This document shows, piece after piece, positions 27,743 to 38,630 of a stretch of 64,000 bases of DNA (positions are counted from its first letter, which is position 1; each line of letters starts with the position of its first letter). Source of the DNA: an uncultured delta proteobacterium. GTDB lineage: Bacteria; Myxococcota; Myxococcia; Myxococcales; Myxococcaceae. The notes beneath the pieces are model-generated. The model was given only the letters and a program-made list of their open reading frames with translations. It had not been told where the DNA came from and did not search any database. Both the position numbers and the translations under genes were made by a program. The stretch covers positions 1,366,412 to 1,430,411 of the forward strand of contig CAVQKE010000003.1 of assembly GCA_963713045.1 (NCBI GenBank), read 5' to 3'.

Positions 27743-29080
27743 TCAGAAAAGCGCTCCGGTGGCGCCAGTGACATTAATGAATACTGACCAGCTGAAGCCG
27801 TTGAAGGCCCCCGGGACGACGTAGTTAATCCATGCGGCTCGGACCCCTCCTGCAATGGCGATGGAAGTGGCGGGACTCCACACGGCGCGGACTTCGGCGC
27901 GGATGTCTGTCTCCGGTGGGCTGAATGAATAGGCCGCCCCTGCCAACGCCCCCAAGCGGACGAAGGGACTCAGCGTCCAGTCCGCCGTGAGGATGCCCTC
28001 CACGCGCTCATACACCGTGCCGGCGAATTGGTTGAGGATGGGTGCCAGCGCGGCCGTAGCGCCCAGTTGAAGGGGCGGCTCTTCGTCGGGAAAGACGTTG
28101 TAGTAGACGGTCGCCCGGGCGATGGGCTCTGGAAAGGTTTCCGCCGGAACGGGAATGGACCGGGGGTACCAGAGCAGCTCTCCCATCTGACCGACGGGCA
28201 CGTCCGACGAGCTACTTTGGCTAAAGACTGCCAGTCCGACTGCCGCCTCGGTGCGCAGCGCCCGACTCTCCTGGTGTCCCCATTTCAGCGTCAGTTCGCT
28301 CCCAAGCAACTCCAGACCTTCCTGAAAGTGGGCAACCGTCACGCTGCTGCCATTTTCGACAGTCGACCCAGCCGTCCAGAAGATAGGACCGTAGGTGAGA
28401 AAGCCGACGCGAAGCGCTGGGGTAAGGGTATCCCGCTCGCTGAGGAGGAACTCGGAACGTGCCACGACATATGGTCCCCGTTGAAGCGGGAGCTCAAGCC
28501 GGGAAGCGTCGTTGGCACCCTCGCTGAAGAGAAACCCTGCGGCGAACGTGAGCTGGACGGTAGCGCTGGTCGCCAGGGTGAAGCCGAGCTGGGTGGTGGA
28601 GGTGATGACCCGGATGATTTGCACCGCCGGTAGCTGCCCCGGGGGAGGCGGTATTCCGCTTGGCTGTCCGGTGCCACTGCCCGGGGCAACTCCTTGGTTA
28701 ACCACGGGGGAGTAGTTCTGGTCGCCAAACCACAGGGCGCCGATGAGAGAAATGCTGGAGGTGCGGCTCAGCTGGTTGCTCGCCTCGTAGTTGAAGCGGT
28801 TGAGCACCAGCACCTTCGCCGGGTACGCGTCGCTGCCGGGAACGGTGAGGTACAGCAGCGGCGTGTAGCTGAGTTTGAGAACTCCCGTCTGCGAGCGGTC
28901 CGTCAACAACACCCCCGGCGTGAAGCTGAAAATCGCTGAAACGTCTTTGGGCGGAACAGCGGCGGAGATGTTGGTCCCCACCAGCGTTTCCAACCTCCCT
29001 TGCAGGTCGAGGCTCAAGTTCTCCGGCGGTGTCCCAGACACCGTGCCGAGAAGGACCAGGCAAAGGCCGGCCGGCGACAT
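27743..29080 (-). CDS. Putative outer-membrane beta-barrel of polysaccharide export (EpsX/Wzp-like)
   Basis: Signal-like N-terminus, alternating amphipathic strands, C-terminal Phe. Lies immediately downstream of the short OPX gene. Confidence 0.65.
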   Translation of the reverse strand: MSPAGLCLVLLGTVSGTPPENLSLDLQGRLETLVGTNISAAVPPKDVSAIFSFTPGVLLTDRSQTGVLKLSYTPLLYLTVPGSDAYPAKVLVLNRFNYEASNQLSRTSSISLIGALWFGDQNYSPVVNQGVAPGSGTGQPSGIPPPPGQLPAVQIIRVITSTTQLGFTLATSATVQLTFAAGFLFSEGANDASRLELPLQRGPYVVARSEFLLSERDTLTPALRVGFLTYGPIFWTAGSTVENGSSVTVAHFQEGLELLGSELTLKWGHQESRALRTEAAVGLAVFSQSSSSDVPVGQMGELLWYPRSIPVPAETFPEPIARATVYYNVFPDEEPPLQLGATAALAPILNQFAGTVYERVEGILTADWTLSPFVRLGALAGAAYSFSPPETDIRAEVRAVWSPATSIAIAGGVRAAWINYVVPGAFNGFSWSVFINVTGATGALF

Positions 29081-29085
29081 GGCCT

Positions 29086-29700
29086 CTACTCAACGACCAC
29101 GGCATCGCCTTGCCGGAGCTGGAACTGAAGTGATGTCCGGTCTCCGTCCCGAAGTTCGTGGTAGTCGAAGCGAATCCGCACCAGCGTTGGAACCTGGCGG
29201 ATGACATAGATTTTGCTCCATGTGGCAAACGCGGTAAGGCCGCCGGCCGACGCCAGCGCGGTGAGCACCCCAGCCCCTGGCTCCAGCTGGAAGACTCCGG
29301 GCTTGGCCACTTCGCCTGTGACAGGAATGGTATTCGGCCGGGGGTCATCCAAGGAGACGGTGACCACCGGCGCATTCATGAACTCCTTGAGCCGGACTTG
29401 TAGCGTTTGCGCGAACGCTGCTGGCGTTTTTCCGGCAGCATCCACGTCATTCAAAAGCGGCATGCTCACCTTGCCGTCGTTCCGCACCCGCGTCTTGCTC
29501 GACATGTCTGGCTGCTGGTAAACGCGAATGGTGATGACGTCGCCTGGGACGAGGACGGTACTCTTGTCCATGGCCATCGGCGGCTCGCTGTAATCCGCAA
29601 CCCAGACGTAGGGCGCCGTCGCGCAACCGAGAAACGTCAACGCGCAGACGCACAGGGCCGCCACGAAGCGGTTGGGACGGGGATGCGGCCGTGGGTGCAC
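29086..29700 (-). CDS. Short OPX polysaccharide export lipoprotein (EpsY/Wza-like; Poly_export + SLBB)
   Basis: Lipobox FLGC, PGDVITIRV, VRNDGKVSMPLLNDVDAAGKT, GEVAKPG, LRQGDAVVVE. No C-terminal OM helix. Confidence 0.9.
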   Translation of the reverse strand: MHPRPHPRPNRFVAALCVCALTFLGCATAPYVWVADYSEPPMAMDKSTVLVPGDVITIRVYQQPDMSSKTRVRNDGKVSMPLLNDVDAAGKTPAAFAQTLQVRLKEFMNAPVVTVSLDDPRPNTIPVTGEVAKPGVFQLEPGAGVLTALASAGGLTAFATWSKIYVIRQVPTLVRIRFDYHELRDGDRTSLQFQLRQGDAVVVE

Positions 29701-30325
29701 GCTTGAGCAGCTCCTCCCAAGGGATGGCGAACGGCGGCATCGCTAACACACCCCGTGCAGAGGCGGCAAAGTGGGAAACCGTTGACCCACCTGCATTCCT
29801 TGGGAAAGGCCAGAGGGGGATGTCCGCCGCGACCTATGCCCCGTGAAGCCGGAGCCCCCGGCGGGGGTGACGGTCGCGCGCCCCGAGAGAAACGGGCGAA
29901 CGAAGGGCCCGGTCGGCGCTTCTGTCTTCCTCACCCCGGAGAAGAGGGGGTCCCGTCGCCGGGACGCGTCGGCTGGTCGGCCGCACTCAAGGCCCCATGG
30001 AAATGAAGCCTCGGCCGAACCATCCACGCCCTAGGCGGTTGGTCGAGCCAGGGTCTTCGTCAGGACAGCGCCAGCCGGGGTAACGCTCCGGGCGCCCGAA
30101 ATGGGCCCGGCCGCCCTCCCCGACGTTGCTTTCTGAACGAAGGGGCCTTTGGGAATGTCCCTTCGCGCTTTCGCCGTCGGTGCGACGTGAAAGACGTGCC
30201 TTCATTCACAGCCCGGCCTCCACGTTTGGGGGCATGGGTGTCGGAACTGCCCCTCTTGTGCACCGAAGGAGTGGTCGGCGAGTATCCGCCGCGCTGCACA
30301 GGCCGCTGGTGCGTCGCCTGAATGG

Positions 30326-31735
30326 TTGCACCGCGTGGCTTTTTTGGGGGTGGCAGGCATGAGTTGGGTTCTGAATCGCTTCGCTCCGACTGCCGAGGCC
30401 TGCGTGTGCCTCGGTTCGGACCTGCTCTTGATGAGCGCGCTGGTTATTGTTGCGACGCCTCGGCCGTCTCTCTTCACGGCCGGCGCCGTGTTGGTTGCCA
30501 TCGGCGTCTGGCTCGTCACCAGCCTCAGCATCCGCCATTACACGCCCCCTGCGGACCGCTCTTCTATCGACGACACGATGCTTGGCGCGGTGCTCGTCCC
30601 GGCGGTGGCAACCGTGCTGCTGCCCCTGGTCTGGATTCCCCTTTTTCATAAGGCGGTGCCGACCCCGGTGCGTTTTCTCGCACTCGCCCTTCCCGCCCTC
30701 TTCGTCCTGCGTCGGCTGATGTACCCCATGCTGCAGGGCGGCACGCACGAGCCAGAGCGCGTGCTGGTGCTGGGAACCGGTCCTTTGGGTCGGCTCACCG
30801 GGGAGGACATCGCGCGATGCAAGCGCCGGCGCAGGCGCGTGCACGGCTACCTCAGTTTTCCTGGCGACCCGGTCCCCGAGCGACTCAAGCCGCTTCACCT
30901 CGGCAGTGTCGAAGACCTCGGGCTCTGCCTTCGCATGTTGAGCGTCGACGAGGTGTACATCGCGGGGAGCGCTCTGCTGCAGGGCGCGGCCATGGAGGCC
31001 GCGGCCGGCGTGTGCGAAACGTTCGGCGTCCCCTTCGCACTGCCGGCCTACTCGCTGCGTCTCAAGCGAGCGGTTCCCGTGGACAACCGCACCGTTTCTG
31101 ACGGGTACCTCCATTTCACCAGCGTGAAGTCGCAGCCCACCGCGCGCATCGCCAAGCGCCTCTTTGACGTGGTCGCCTCAGCTGCTGTGCTGTGGGTGCT
31201 CTCACCATTTCTCTGTCTGGTGGCAGTCCTGGTGAAAGTCACCTCGCGCGGGCCAGTCTTCTTCCGGCAACTCCGTGTCGGGCAGCGCGGACGACTGTTC
31301 AACATCCTCAAGTTCCGTTCCATGGTGTCCGGGGCCGAGGGACTTCAAAGGGCCTTGGAGGAACACAACGAACAGACGGGCCCAGTCTTCAAGATGCGCA
31401 ACGACCCGCGCATTACTCCGCTCGGAAGAATTCTCAGGAAATTCAGCGTTGATGAGCTCCCCCAGCTGGTCAACGTCCTGCGCGGAGACATGACACTTGT
31501 TGGCCCGCGGCCCCCCGTGCCCCGGGAAGTCGCGCAGTATGAACCATGGCAGCTGCGACGCCTCTCGGTGGTGCCGGGACTCACCTGCATTTGGCAGGTG
31601 AGCGGCCGGAACGAGATTGCCTTCAAGGACTGGATGTACCTGGACCTCCGCTACATCGACCACTGGAGCCTCGGGCAGGACTTGAGCCTTCTGCTCAAGA
31701 CGGTGCCCACGGTGGTGGCAGGCCGGGGACACTAG
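30326..31735 (+). CDS. Polyprenyl-phosphate hexose-1-phosphate transferase (EpsZ/WcaJ/WbaP-like)
   Basis: N-terminal TMs, CoA-binding-like middle, KRLFDV, KFRSM, DPRITPLG..DELPQL..GPRP, PGLTCIWQVSGR. Start uncertain (ATG 30359 is an alternative). Confidence 0.93.
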   Translation: MHRVAFLGVAGMSWVLNRFAPTAEACVCLGSDLLLMSALVIVATPRPSLFTAGAVLVAIGVWLVTSLSIRHYTPPADRSSIDDTMLGAVLVPAVATVLLPLVWIPLFHKAVPTPVRFLALALPALFVLRRLMYPMLQGGTHEPERVLVLGTGPLGRLTGEDIARCKRRRRRVHGYLSFPGDPVPERLKPLHLGSVEDLGLCLRMLSVDEVYIAGSALLQGAAMEAAAGVCETFGVPFALPAYSLRLKRAVPVDNRTVSDGYLHFTSVKSQPTARIAKRLFDVVASAAVLWVLSPFLCLVAVLVKVTSRGPVFFRQLRVGQRGRLFNILKFRSMVSGAEGLQRALEEHNEQTGPVFKMRNDPRITPLGRILRKFSVDELPQLVNVLRGDMTLVGPRPPVPREVAQYEPWQLRRLSVVPGLTCIWQVSGRNEIAFKDWMYLDLRYIDHWSLGQDLSLLLKTVPTVVAGRGH

Positions 31736-31750
31736 ACTCCGACGGCGGCT

Positions 31751-34397
31751 TCAGCGCGAAAGGACACCGCCCGGCGGGCCGGCGTCGGCCTGGGGTGGGT
31801 CGGCCTCGTCAAGCAGCGGTTGCAAGGGGGGCGCCTTCTCCAGGCTTTTCAGCTCTTGGGCTTGTGCCGCCTTGTCGAGACGGTCCAGCCAAGCCTGTGC
31901 CCGGGCCATTCCGGCGGCCCCTTCCACCCGCGCACCAGCGCGCACGGCCTCCGACGCGGCGTCAAAGCGCCCGAGCTGCTCGTACAATTGCGCCGCTTGG
32001 TAGCTGAGGCCGGCAGACTCAGGGGCCAGGCGGCGGGCGGTCTCAAGCGACTCCAGGGCGCGCCCATAGCGCCCTTCCGCGCGGTATGTCTCGGCTTCGG
32101 TGGTGAGAAGCCGCACCCGCGCCGAGGCGCCGGAGAGGAAGGGCTGCAGGCGGTCCAGCGCCTGGCGCGCCATTGCAGGGCGTCCCGCCGCGAGCCACTG
32201 CGCGGCGAGGGCAAAGCCTAACTCCGCGTCCTGGGGGCGACGCAAGACGCCGGCTTCCAGCGTCTGCAGCGCCTCACGGGGACGGCCCGACGCCGACAGC
32301 GCCTGAGCGCGCAGCACCGTGACGTCATCCCCCCGGCGCTCCGCCTCGTCTAGCAGGGGCAGCGCTTCGGCGGGCTTTCCCGCCGCAAGTCGCAGGGACG
32401 CGGAGCTGGTCCACAGCCCCGCCAACCCAGGCATGCCGTCGGCTTGTGCGCGTGCCCAGTCGAGGAGGGCCTCGGCATCGCTGTGTCTGCCCGCGGTCCA
32501 CAGTATAGACACCACGGTGGCCGTGTCCCCCAGGTCCGGGCCGACGAGGCGACCGAGGAGCTCCGGCGTCTGCGCGAAGGGAAGTGCCTCTGCCAAGACG
32601 GGACCCGGCTCGGGGCTGGTTTCCCGGGCCAGTCGCCATTCGCCCATGGCTTGTTCTGGCGCGCCCAGCCGTAAGAGGACGTTGGCCGTCACCCGGTGCG
32701 TGTCCGAGTCCAAAGGCCGCAGCCACAGCGCCCGGTTGAGGAAGGCGAGCGCCTCGCGTGGCCTCTGCCGCGCCTCGGCCAAGCCCACCGTCCGGTAAAG
32801 CGCCGCCTCGGCGGGGTGCGCGTCGATGGCCGCCAGCCCTCGCGCGCGCAGCTCCTCGGCAGGGAGCCCGCCAGCAGCGGCGCGGTTGAGGGCCCGCGCT
32901 GCGTCCTCAGCACTCTCTCGCCCACGCCACAGCCCAACTGCCGTCAGAAGGACGGCGGCGGCTGTCAGGCCAGTGGCCAGCCACCTTCCAAAGGGAAGGC
33001 CCCGCCCCTGGGTACAGCACCCGGTTGGAGACGAGCCCCGCAGCCACGGCTGCAGCCGTGGCGCACGCCTGCAGCTCGAGGGCGAAATCAAAGACGTCGT
33101 GGAGGACGAGGGCCAAAAGGCCGCAGGTCGCGGCCCGCTCGAGTGCTGAGGCATCCCGGCGCAGGGTCCGTACCGTGGCCCACACGGCCAGGGCAAGGAG
33201 CCCGATGGTAACCGGCAGACCAAAGTCTGCCGCCCATTGCAGCAGCCAGTTTTCCGGGTTCGTGAAGCTGTAGAACGCGCCCTCCGTCTGCCAGCGCGGG
33301 AACCCCACAGCAAAAGCGCCCCGTCCGAGGCCAAGCGGCCAGACATGCGTCGCGGCCTGGGCAAACATCGGCCACAGCCCCACCTTGGACTGGCGCAGCT
33401 TCTCCACACTGTCGAGGGTGGACAGCCGGTCCGTCAGTCTGTCCAGTGCGAGGAAGCCTGCCAGCGCCACCACACCGAGGACGGCCGCGGTGATGAGGAG
33501 GAGGCGCTCGCGGCCGCCGCGTCTTGGCCCTGGGCGGTACTCCTCGCGGCTACCAAGCGGCACCCGCCCCAGCACCAGTGTCGCGACGAAGGCCAGCTGT
33601 CCGGCGACGAAGAAGAAAATACCGCCGCGCGACAGCGACAGAAAGGCAGCTGCGCCACTCAGCAGTGCAAAGCCGAGGTAAAGGGCCGTTCGCGGCCGCT
33701 CGGGCGCCTCTGCGGCCAGTCCAAGCAGGAGGGCCGTCGAGAGGGTGAGAAAACCGGCCAAGTGGTTGGGGTTTCCGAAGGGTGTGAGAAACGGTAGCTG
33801 CGTATTCTCAAAGGTATGAAGGCCAAACAGGGCGTGAGCGTTGGCCAGCTGGTGCCCGTACCCCACCAGCGCTACGCCCAGGCCCGTCAGGCCAATGCCT
33901 AAGGCCAGTCTCCGGCGACTCCGGCGGGACCTGGCCAACTCGGCCGCGGCAACAAGGCTGGCCATCACGCCCAACGCACGCGCCACTTCCCCCCAGGTTG
34001 CTGGCGCGTCCAGCGTCACCGGCCGCGCCCGCGTCAGGCCCAACGGGACAAGGGCGAAGTCGCGCAACTCTGCGGAGGCCGGGCTGAGGTGTGCCAAAAC
34101 ACCAGCAGGCATCGGTATGAGTTGCACGAGGGCCACGGCGCCAGCGGTAAGCGGCAGCAGCGCCAGCGGCGGAAGGGACAAGGTCCCCCCGCGGTCCACC
34201 AAAACCAACACCAGCGCCGCGCACCCAAGGACGGACGCGACAACGACGGCGCTCTCCAGTGCACCTCCGAGGAGGGCGACAGACAGCACCACCGCGAGGA
34301 GGAGGCACACCTCCGCTGCCAGGCGCAGCGGTGACTGCGAAGGACGGGGCGTGCGGAAGGGCGGAGGCAGGGCCCTCAGGAGCTTAGCGTGGCCCAC
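31751..34397 (-). CDS. O-antigen-ligase family (Wzy_C) membrane protein with C-terminal TPR domain (frameshift ~33000)
   Basis: TPFGNPNHLAGFL, SLSRGGI, GLGRGAF, NPENWLLQWAADFG, LHDVFDFALE. TPR-like helical repeats in ORF 31751-33409. Start approximate. Confidence 0.8.
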
Positions 34398-34469
34398 TGC
34401 CGACCAGGGCTGTCCAAGAGCAGGGCTTGGCGAACCAGGCAGCGGTGTGGCAGGGTCCTCGGCCCTCGA

Positions 34470-34748
34470 ATGCGTCTCTCCTTTCTCGTCCCCCTTCTCG
34501 CGCTCGCCGTTCTCAGCGCGTGCAACGACAACTGCCGCAACCTGGCAAATACACTGTGCAACTGCGCCGTCAACACCAACGACAAGAACACGTGCTTGAC
34601 CGGCGTGGCGAACCGCGCGTCCAACATCAGCGTTTCGTCGGAGCAGGACACCTACTGCGGGGAACTGCTTCCCCTCTGCGACTGCCATACGGTGAATACC
34701 GTCCAGGGCAAGTACGCCTGCGGCCTGGCACGGCTGCCCATTCCGTAG
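34470..34748 (+). CDS. Small Cys-rich lipoprotein
   Basis: MRLSFLVPLLALAVLSAC lipobox, then 8 further Cys in 92 aa. Confidence 0.8.
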   Translation: MRLSFLVPLLALAVLSACNDNCRNLANTLCNCAVNTNDKNTCLTGVANRASNISVSSEQDTYCGELLPLCDCHTVNTVQGKYACGLARLPIP

Positions 34749-34762
34749 CGCGCTTTCTGTCG

Positions 34763-35653
34763 CTAGCCCGCTCGGCCGAAGAGCACCCAGCCAACCATCG
34801 CGAGGTAGAGCGCGAGGTTGAGCAGGGTGGGTCCGTCCGAGAGAAGCACGCGCTCTGGAGCGCCCCCCGCTCCGCGCCGTTGCAGGAGGTAGAGGTAGCG
34901 AAGGATGCCGTAGACCACGAAGGGGACGGTGAATTTCATCCGGTCGCTGCCCACCTTCTCGAGGGTGTCGGGAGCCACGGTGTACAGGGCGTAGGCAACC
35001 AGGCAGGCCGAAGCGACGAGCGTCAGCATTTGGTCCAAAAGCGGGATGGAGTAGTCCGCCAGCGTCGCCCTGTGCCCCTGCGGCTCGGCGCCGTCGAGCG
35101 AGACGAGCTCCGCCCGCCGCTTCCCGAGCGCCAGAAAAAGCGCAAGCAAGAGCGCGCAGAGGAAGAGCCAGTTCGAGACGGGCACATCAATGGCGGCGGC
35201 GCCGCCATAGACGCGCAGGACAAAGCCCGTGGCGATGACGAGCACGTCCACAATGACGTAACGCTTGAGCCAGAAAGTGTAGCCGAGCTCAATGAGGACG
35301 TACGCCAGGGCAATGGGGGCAACGTTGGGACCAGCCAAAGTTGCCAGGACGCCTCCAATGACCCAGCAAACGAGAACCAGTCCGGCCGCGCCGGCCGCAC
35401 CAATTTCGCCAGCAGCAATGGGACGGTTCTTCTTTTCGGGGTGGAGTCGGTCCTGGGCTTGGTCCACCCAGTCGTTGACGATGTAAAGGCCGCTCGCCAA
35501 TGCACAGAAAGAAAGGAAGGCGAGCGTCGCATGCCAGGCCGCCCCCGGCACAGTAATCGCGCGCGCAAACAGAAGCGGGGCGTAGACCGCGAGATTCTTC
35601 GTCCACTGGCGCGGCCGCAGCGCGCGAATCGCCGCCGGCGTGCGAGGAGCCAT
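34763..35653 (-). CDS. Decaprenyl/undecaprenyl-phosphate phosphoribosyltransferase (UbiA family)
   Basis: LRPRQWTKN, YIVNDWVDQAQDRLHPEKKNRPIAAG, GFVLRV..G, GKRRAEL, YGILRY. Confidence 0.9.
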   Translation of the reverse strand: MAPRTPAAIRALRPRQWTKNLAVYAPLLFARAITVPGAAWHATLAFLSFCALASGLYIVNDWVDQAQDRLHPEKKNRPIAAGEIGAAGAAGLVLVCWVIGGVLATLAGPNVAPIALAYVLIELGYTFWLKRYVIVDVLVIATGFVLRVYGGAAAIDVPVSNWLFLCALLLALFLALGKRRAELVSLDGAEPQGHRATLADYSIPLLDQMLTLVASACLVAYALYTVAPDTLEKVGSDRMKFTVPFVVYGILRYLYLLQRRGAGGAPERVLLSDGPTLLNLALYLAMVGWVLFGRAG

Positions 35654-36952
35654 TACGGCCGTCCGATGCCGTGGTAGCTGAACCCGCGCTCGCGCATTTT
35701 TCCCGGGTCAAAGATGTTGCGCCCGTCGAACACCACTGGCTGCTTGAGGAGCGCCTTCATTCGGTCGAAGTCCGGATGTCGGAAGTCATTCCACTCGGTG
35801 AGCACAAAGAGTCCGTCGGCACCGTCGAGGGCCTCGTAGGGAGTCGCTGCATACGTCACCCGCGTTCCGAAGTGGCGACGGGCGACGTCAATAGCAACCG
35901 GGTCATGCACCGACAGCCGCGCGCCCTTGCCGAGCAAGGCCTCTACCATGACGAGGGCCGGTGCTTCGCGCATGTCGTCAGTGCGCGGCTTAAAGGCCAG
36001 GCCCCAGATGGCAAACGTGCGTCCGGACAGCTCCCCGTAGTGTTTCTGCGCCTTTTGAAGCAGCGCGCGCTTCTGGCGCTCGTTCGTGCGCTCGACAGCA
36101 CGGAGTAAGTCGAACTCAAGCGCATGCTCGCGGGCCATGGCCACCAGCGCTTTGACATCCTTGGGAAAGCAGCTGCCACCGTAGCCGACTCCGGGAAACA
36201 GGAATGGGTACCCAATCCTCTGGTCGGCGCCCATGCCCTTGCGGACGGAGTCGACATCAGCGCCCACCTTCTCGCAGAGGATGGCTATGTCATTCATGAA
36301 CGAGATGCGGGTGGCCAGCATCGCGTTGGCGGCGTATTTCGTTAGCTCCGCGCTCCGGGTGTCCATGAAGAGGATGGGCGCCTGGGTACGGACAAACGGG
36401 GCGTAGAGCTCTGCCATAATGTTCCGGGCTCGGTCAGAAGAGGCGCCAATGACGATGCGGTCCGGTTTGAGGAAGTCGTCGATGGCTGCCCCTTCCTTGA
36501 GGAACTCGGGGTTGCTCACCACGTCGAAAGGCTGGTTCGTGACTTTGGAGACGACGTCCTTCACCTTGTCCGCCGTACCGACCGGCACGGTGCTCTTGTC
36601 GACGATGACCGCAATAGCGCCTCATCGCTCGACCGACGTCTACTGCTGCAGCGAGGACGTACTGCAGGTCCGCATCGCCAGTTTCGCCCTCGGGGGTTCC
36701 GACGGCGATGAACACAACTTCGGACCGGCCCACCGCGGCGACGAGGTCGAGGCTAAACGACAGCCGCTTCTCGCGAACGTTCTTCGAGATGAGCTCCTCG
36801 AGCCCGGGCTCATAGATGGGGACTTCGCCCGCGAGAAGGCGGTTAATTTTCGAAGCGTCGATGTCCACGCAGATAACGTCATTGCCGGAGTCGGCGAAGC
36901 AGGTCCCAGCGACCAGGCCCACATAGCCAGTCCCAACGATGGTGAGTTTCAT
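35653..36952 (-). CDS. ugd: UDP-glucose 6-dehydrogenase (frameshift ~36610)
   Basis: IVGTGYVGLV, PIYEPGL, FIAVGTP, SNPEFLKEG, GYGGSCFPKD, GLAFKPRTDDMRE, DGRN. Confidence 0.93.
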
Positions 36953-37000
36953 GTGTGGTACCTGGATTTCGCTCAAAGCGCCCGGAGAGGCAACGACAAG

Positions 37001-37990
37001 TCAAGCCTGGCCAATGTGGCGTCGAGTGAGGAAGCGCCTCAGGCGGTCCGCTCCACGGAGCTCGCGCATCCTGCCGAGTTGCCCGAGCGGGTGAACAAGG
37101 ACACCCTCAAGGGCTTGTCGGACAAGACGCGAGAGTGCCGGCTGAAGCGTCCGGGCGACACTTGCAGTTTCCGGAAAGAGCTCCGCGGCGATGCCGCACG
37201 ACGCGTAGAGCGCGCGGTCTAGCTTGAGTGCATGGGCCCTATTGCGAAGCGAAGCAGTGTCGAGCGGCCTCGAATAGGGACCGCCCAGAGCAGGAGCGCC
37301 GAGGAGAAGTTCGCGGAGGTCCACGAAGGAAATGTACGGGACATCATAGCCGGCCCGGGCGTGCTCGAAGCAGAGGCCGAGGAGGGCGTCCTCAGCGGTG
37401 AGGCGAAAGAAGGAGGGACCGTAGACGCGTACCGGGAGCACGCGGTTAAGCAGCGCGCGGTCCTCGGCCTCGAAGCCTGGACCAAAAAGGCTCGTGAAGA
37501 GGTGAATGGGGGTCCGCCCGTCGGTGAGGGAGCGGGCGGCGCCGGCCGGTCGGACTTCGTCAGGTGCCGGTTTGAACTGGCCCTGAGCGAGGAACCCCGC
37601 GAAGCCGTCCAAATCGCCTTCAGGGAAGCAGCAGAGCAATGTCGATGACGGGCCGAAACGCAATGTGCGGGTAAAGCGCCTCGGCGAAGCTCGCGCCACC
37701 AAGGAGGACGACCTTTCTGCCCTCGAGGTCATCGACGACGCGCTTAAAGTTGACGAGCTTCATCACGTTGTCGTTGGCAGTGCCCTGGTAGACGGAGAGG
37801 AGCTGTCTCGCGCCCACTCGGGCGCGTCACCGCCCGCAAGGCGGTATTCGAGGTTGTAGGCCGCGAGCGCTGCGAGTCCGTTCGCAATGGCCCACTCGAC
37901 GTAGACCTCCCACGGCGCGCCCGCGAGTGACTGGCGCGCCGGAGAGAAGGCGGCGAGGACGCGGAAGGTATCGAGCAGCGCGCGAGGCAT
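37001..37990 (-). CDS. Nucleotidyltransferase family protein (NTP_transf_5-like), frameshifted
   Basis: Pieces: MPRALLDTF..NGLAALAAYNL, VVLLGGASFAEALYPHIAFRPVIDIALLL, RLTAEDALLGLCFEHA..FVDLREL. Confidence 0.65.
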
Positions 37991-38081
37991 GGTGTCGGCA
38001 GCGTCTCGTAGCAGAAACCTGGCCCCCTCACCGCAAGTCGGCTGGACGAGGTGTGTCCGAGGCTGGCAACCTCGGAGGCCG

Positions 38082-38627
38082 GTGAGTACTTCCCTGCCCT
38101 CGACGGTGCTCAATCTCGGGTCGGGCACGAAGCCACGCCCGGGCGCTTTGAACGTGGACGTCACCGCGCGAACTCAACCGGACCTAGTTCACGACCTGGA
38201 CAAGACGCCCTGGCCGCTCCCGGACAGCTACTTCAACGAGGTCCATGCCTACGACGTTGTCGAGCACTTACGGGACATCCCACGAACAATGGAGGAGATT
38301 CACCGAGTCTGTGCACCAGGGGCCCGCGTCTTCATCACCGTCCCGCACTTCTCGTCTGCAAACTCCTTCACCGACCCGACGCACCGACACCACTTTAGCG
38401 CGCGAAGCATGCTTTACTTCACTGACGAGCATAAGCTCGGCTTTTACTCGACAGCACGCTTCCGGCAGCAACAGGCGCTGATTGTATTCGGGCAGTCGTT
38501 GACGAATAGGTTCGTGCACCGGCTCGCGAACCGCTTCGTCATCCCGTACGAGGAACGTTGGGCGTGGATTTTCCCGGCTTGGTTCCTCTACTTCGAGCTC
38601 GAAGCGCTTAAGCCCGAGCCCGCGTGA
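38082..38627 (+). CDS. Class I SAM-dependent methyltransferase (Methyltransf_11-like)
   Basis: GGAGG RBS plus GTG. LNLGSG, DLVHDLDKTPWP, VVEHL, DPTHRHHF. Confidence 0.85.
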   Translation: MSTSLPSTVLNLGSGTKPRPGALNVDVTARTQPDLVHDLDKTPWPLPDSYFNEVHAYDVVEHLRDIPRTMEEIHRVCAPGARVFITVPHFSSANSFTDPTHRHHFSARSMLYFTDEHKLGFYSTARFRQQQALIVFGQSLTNRFVHRLANRFVIPYEERWAWIFPAWFLYFELEALKPEPA

Positions 38628-38630
38628 GGA

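Noticed and set aside
34427..35677. 416-aa plus-strand ORF (likewise 25887-26930 and 22109-23077)
   Set aside because: Antisense or out-of-frame to recognisable genes, with no motifs.
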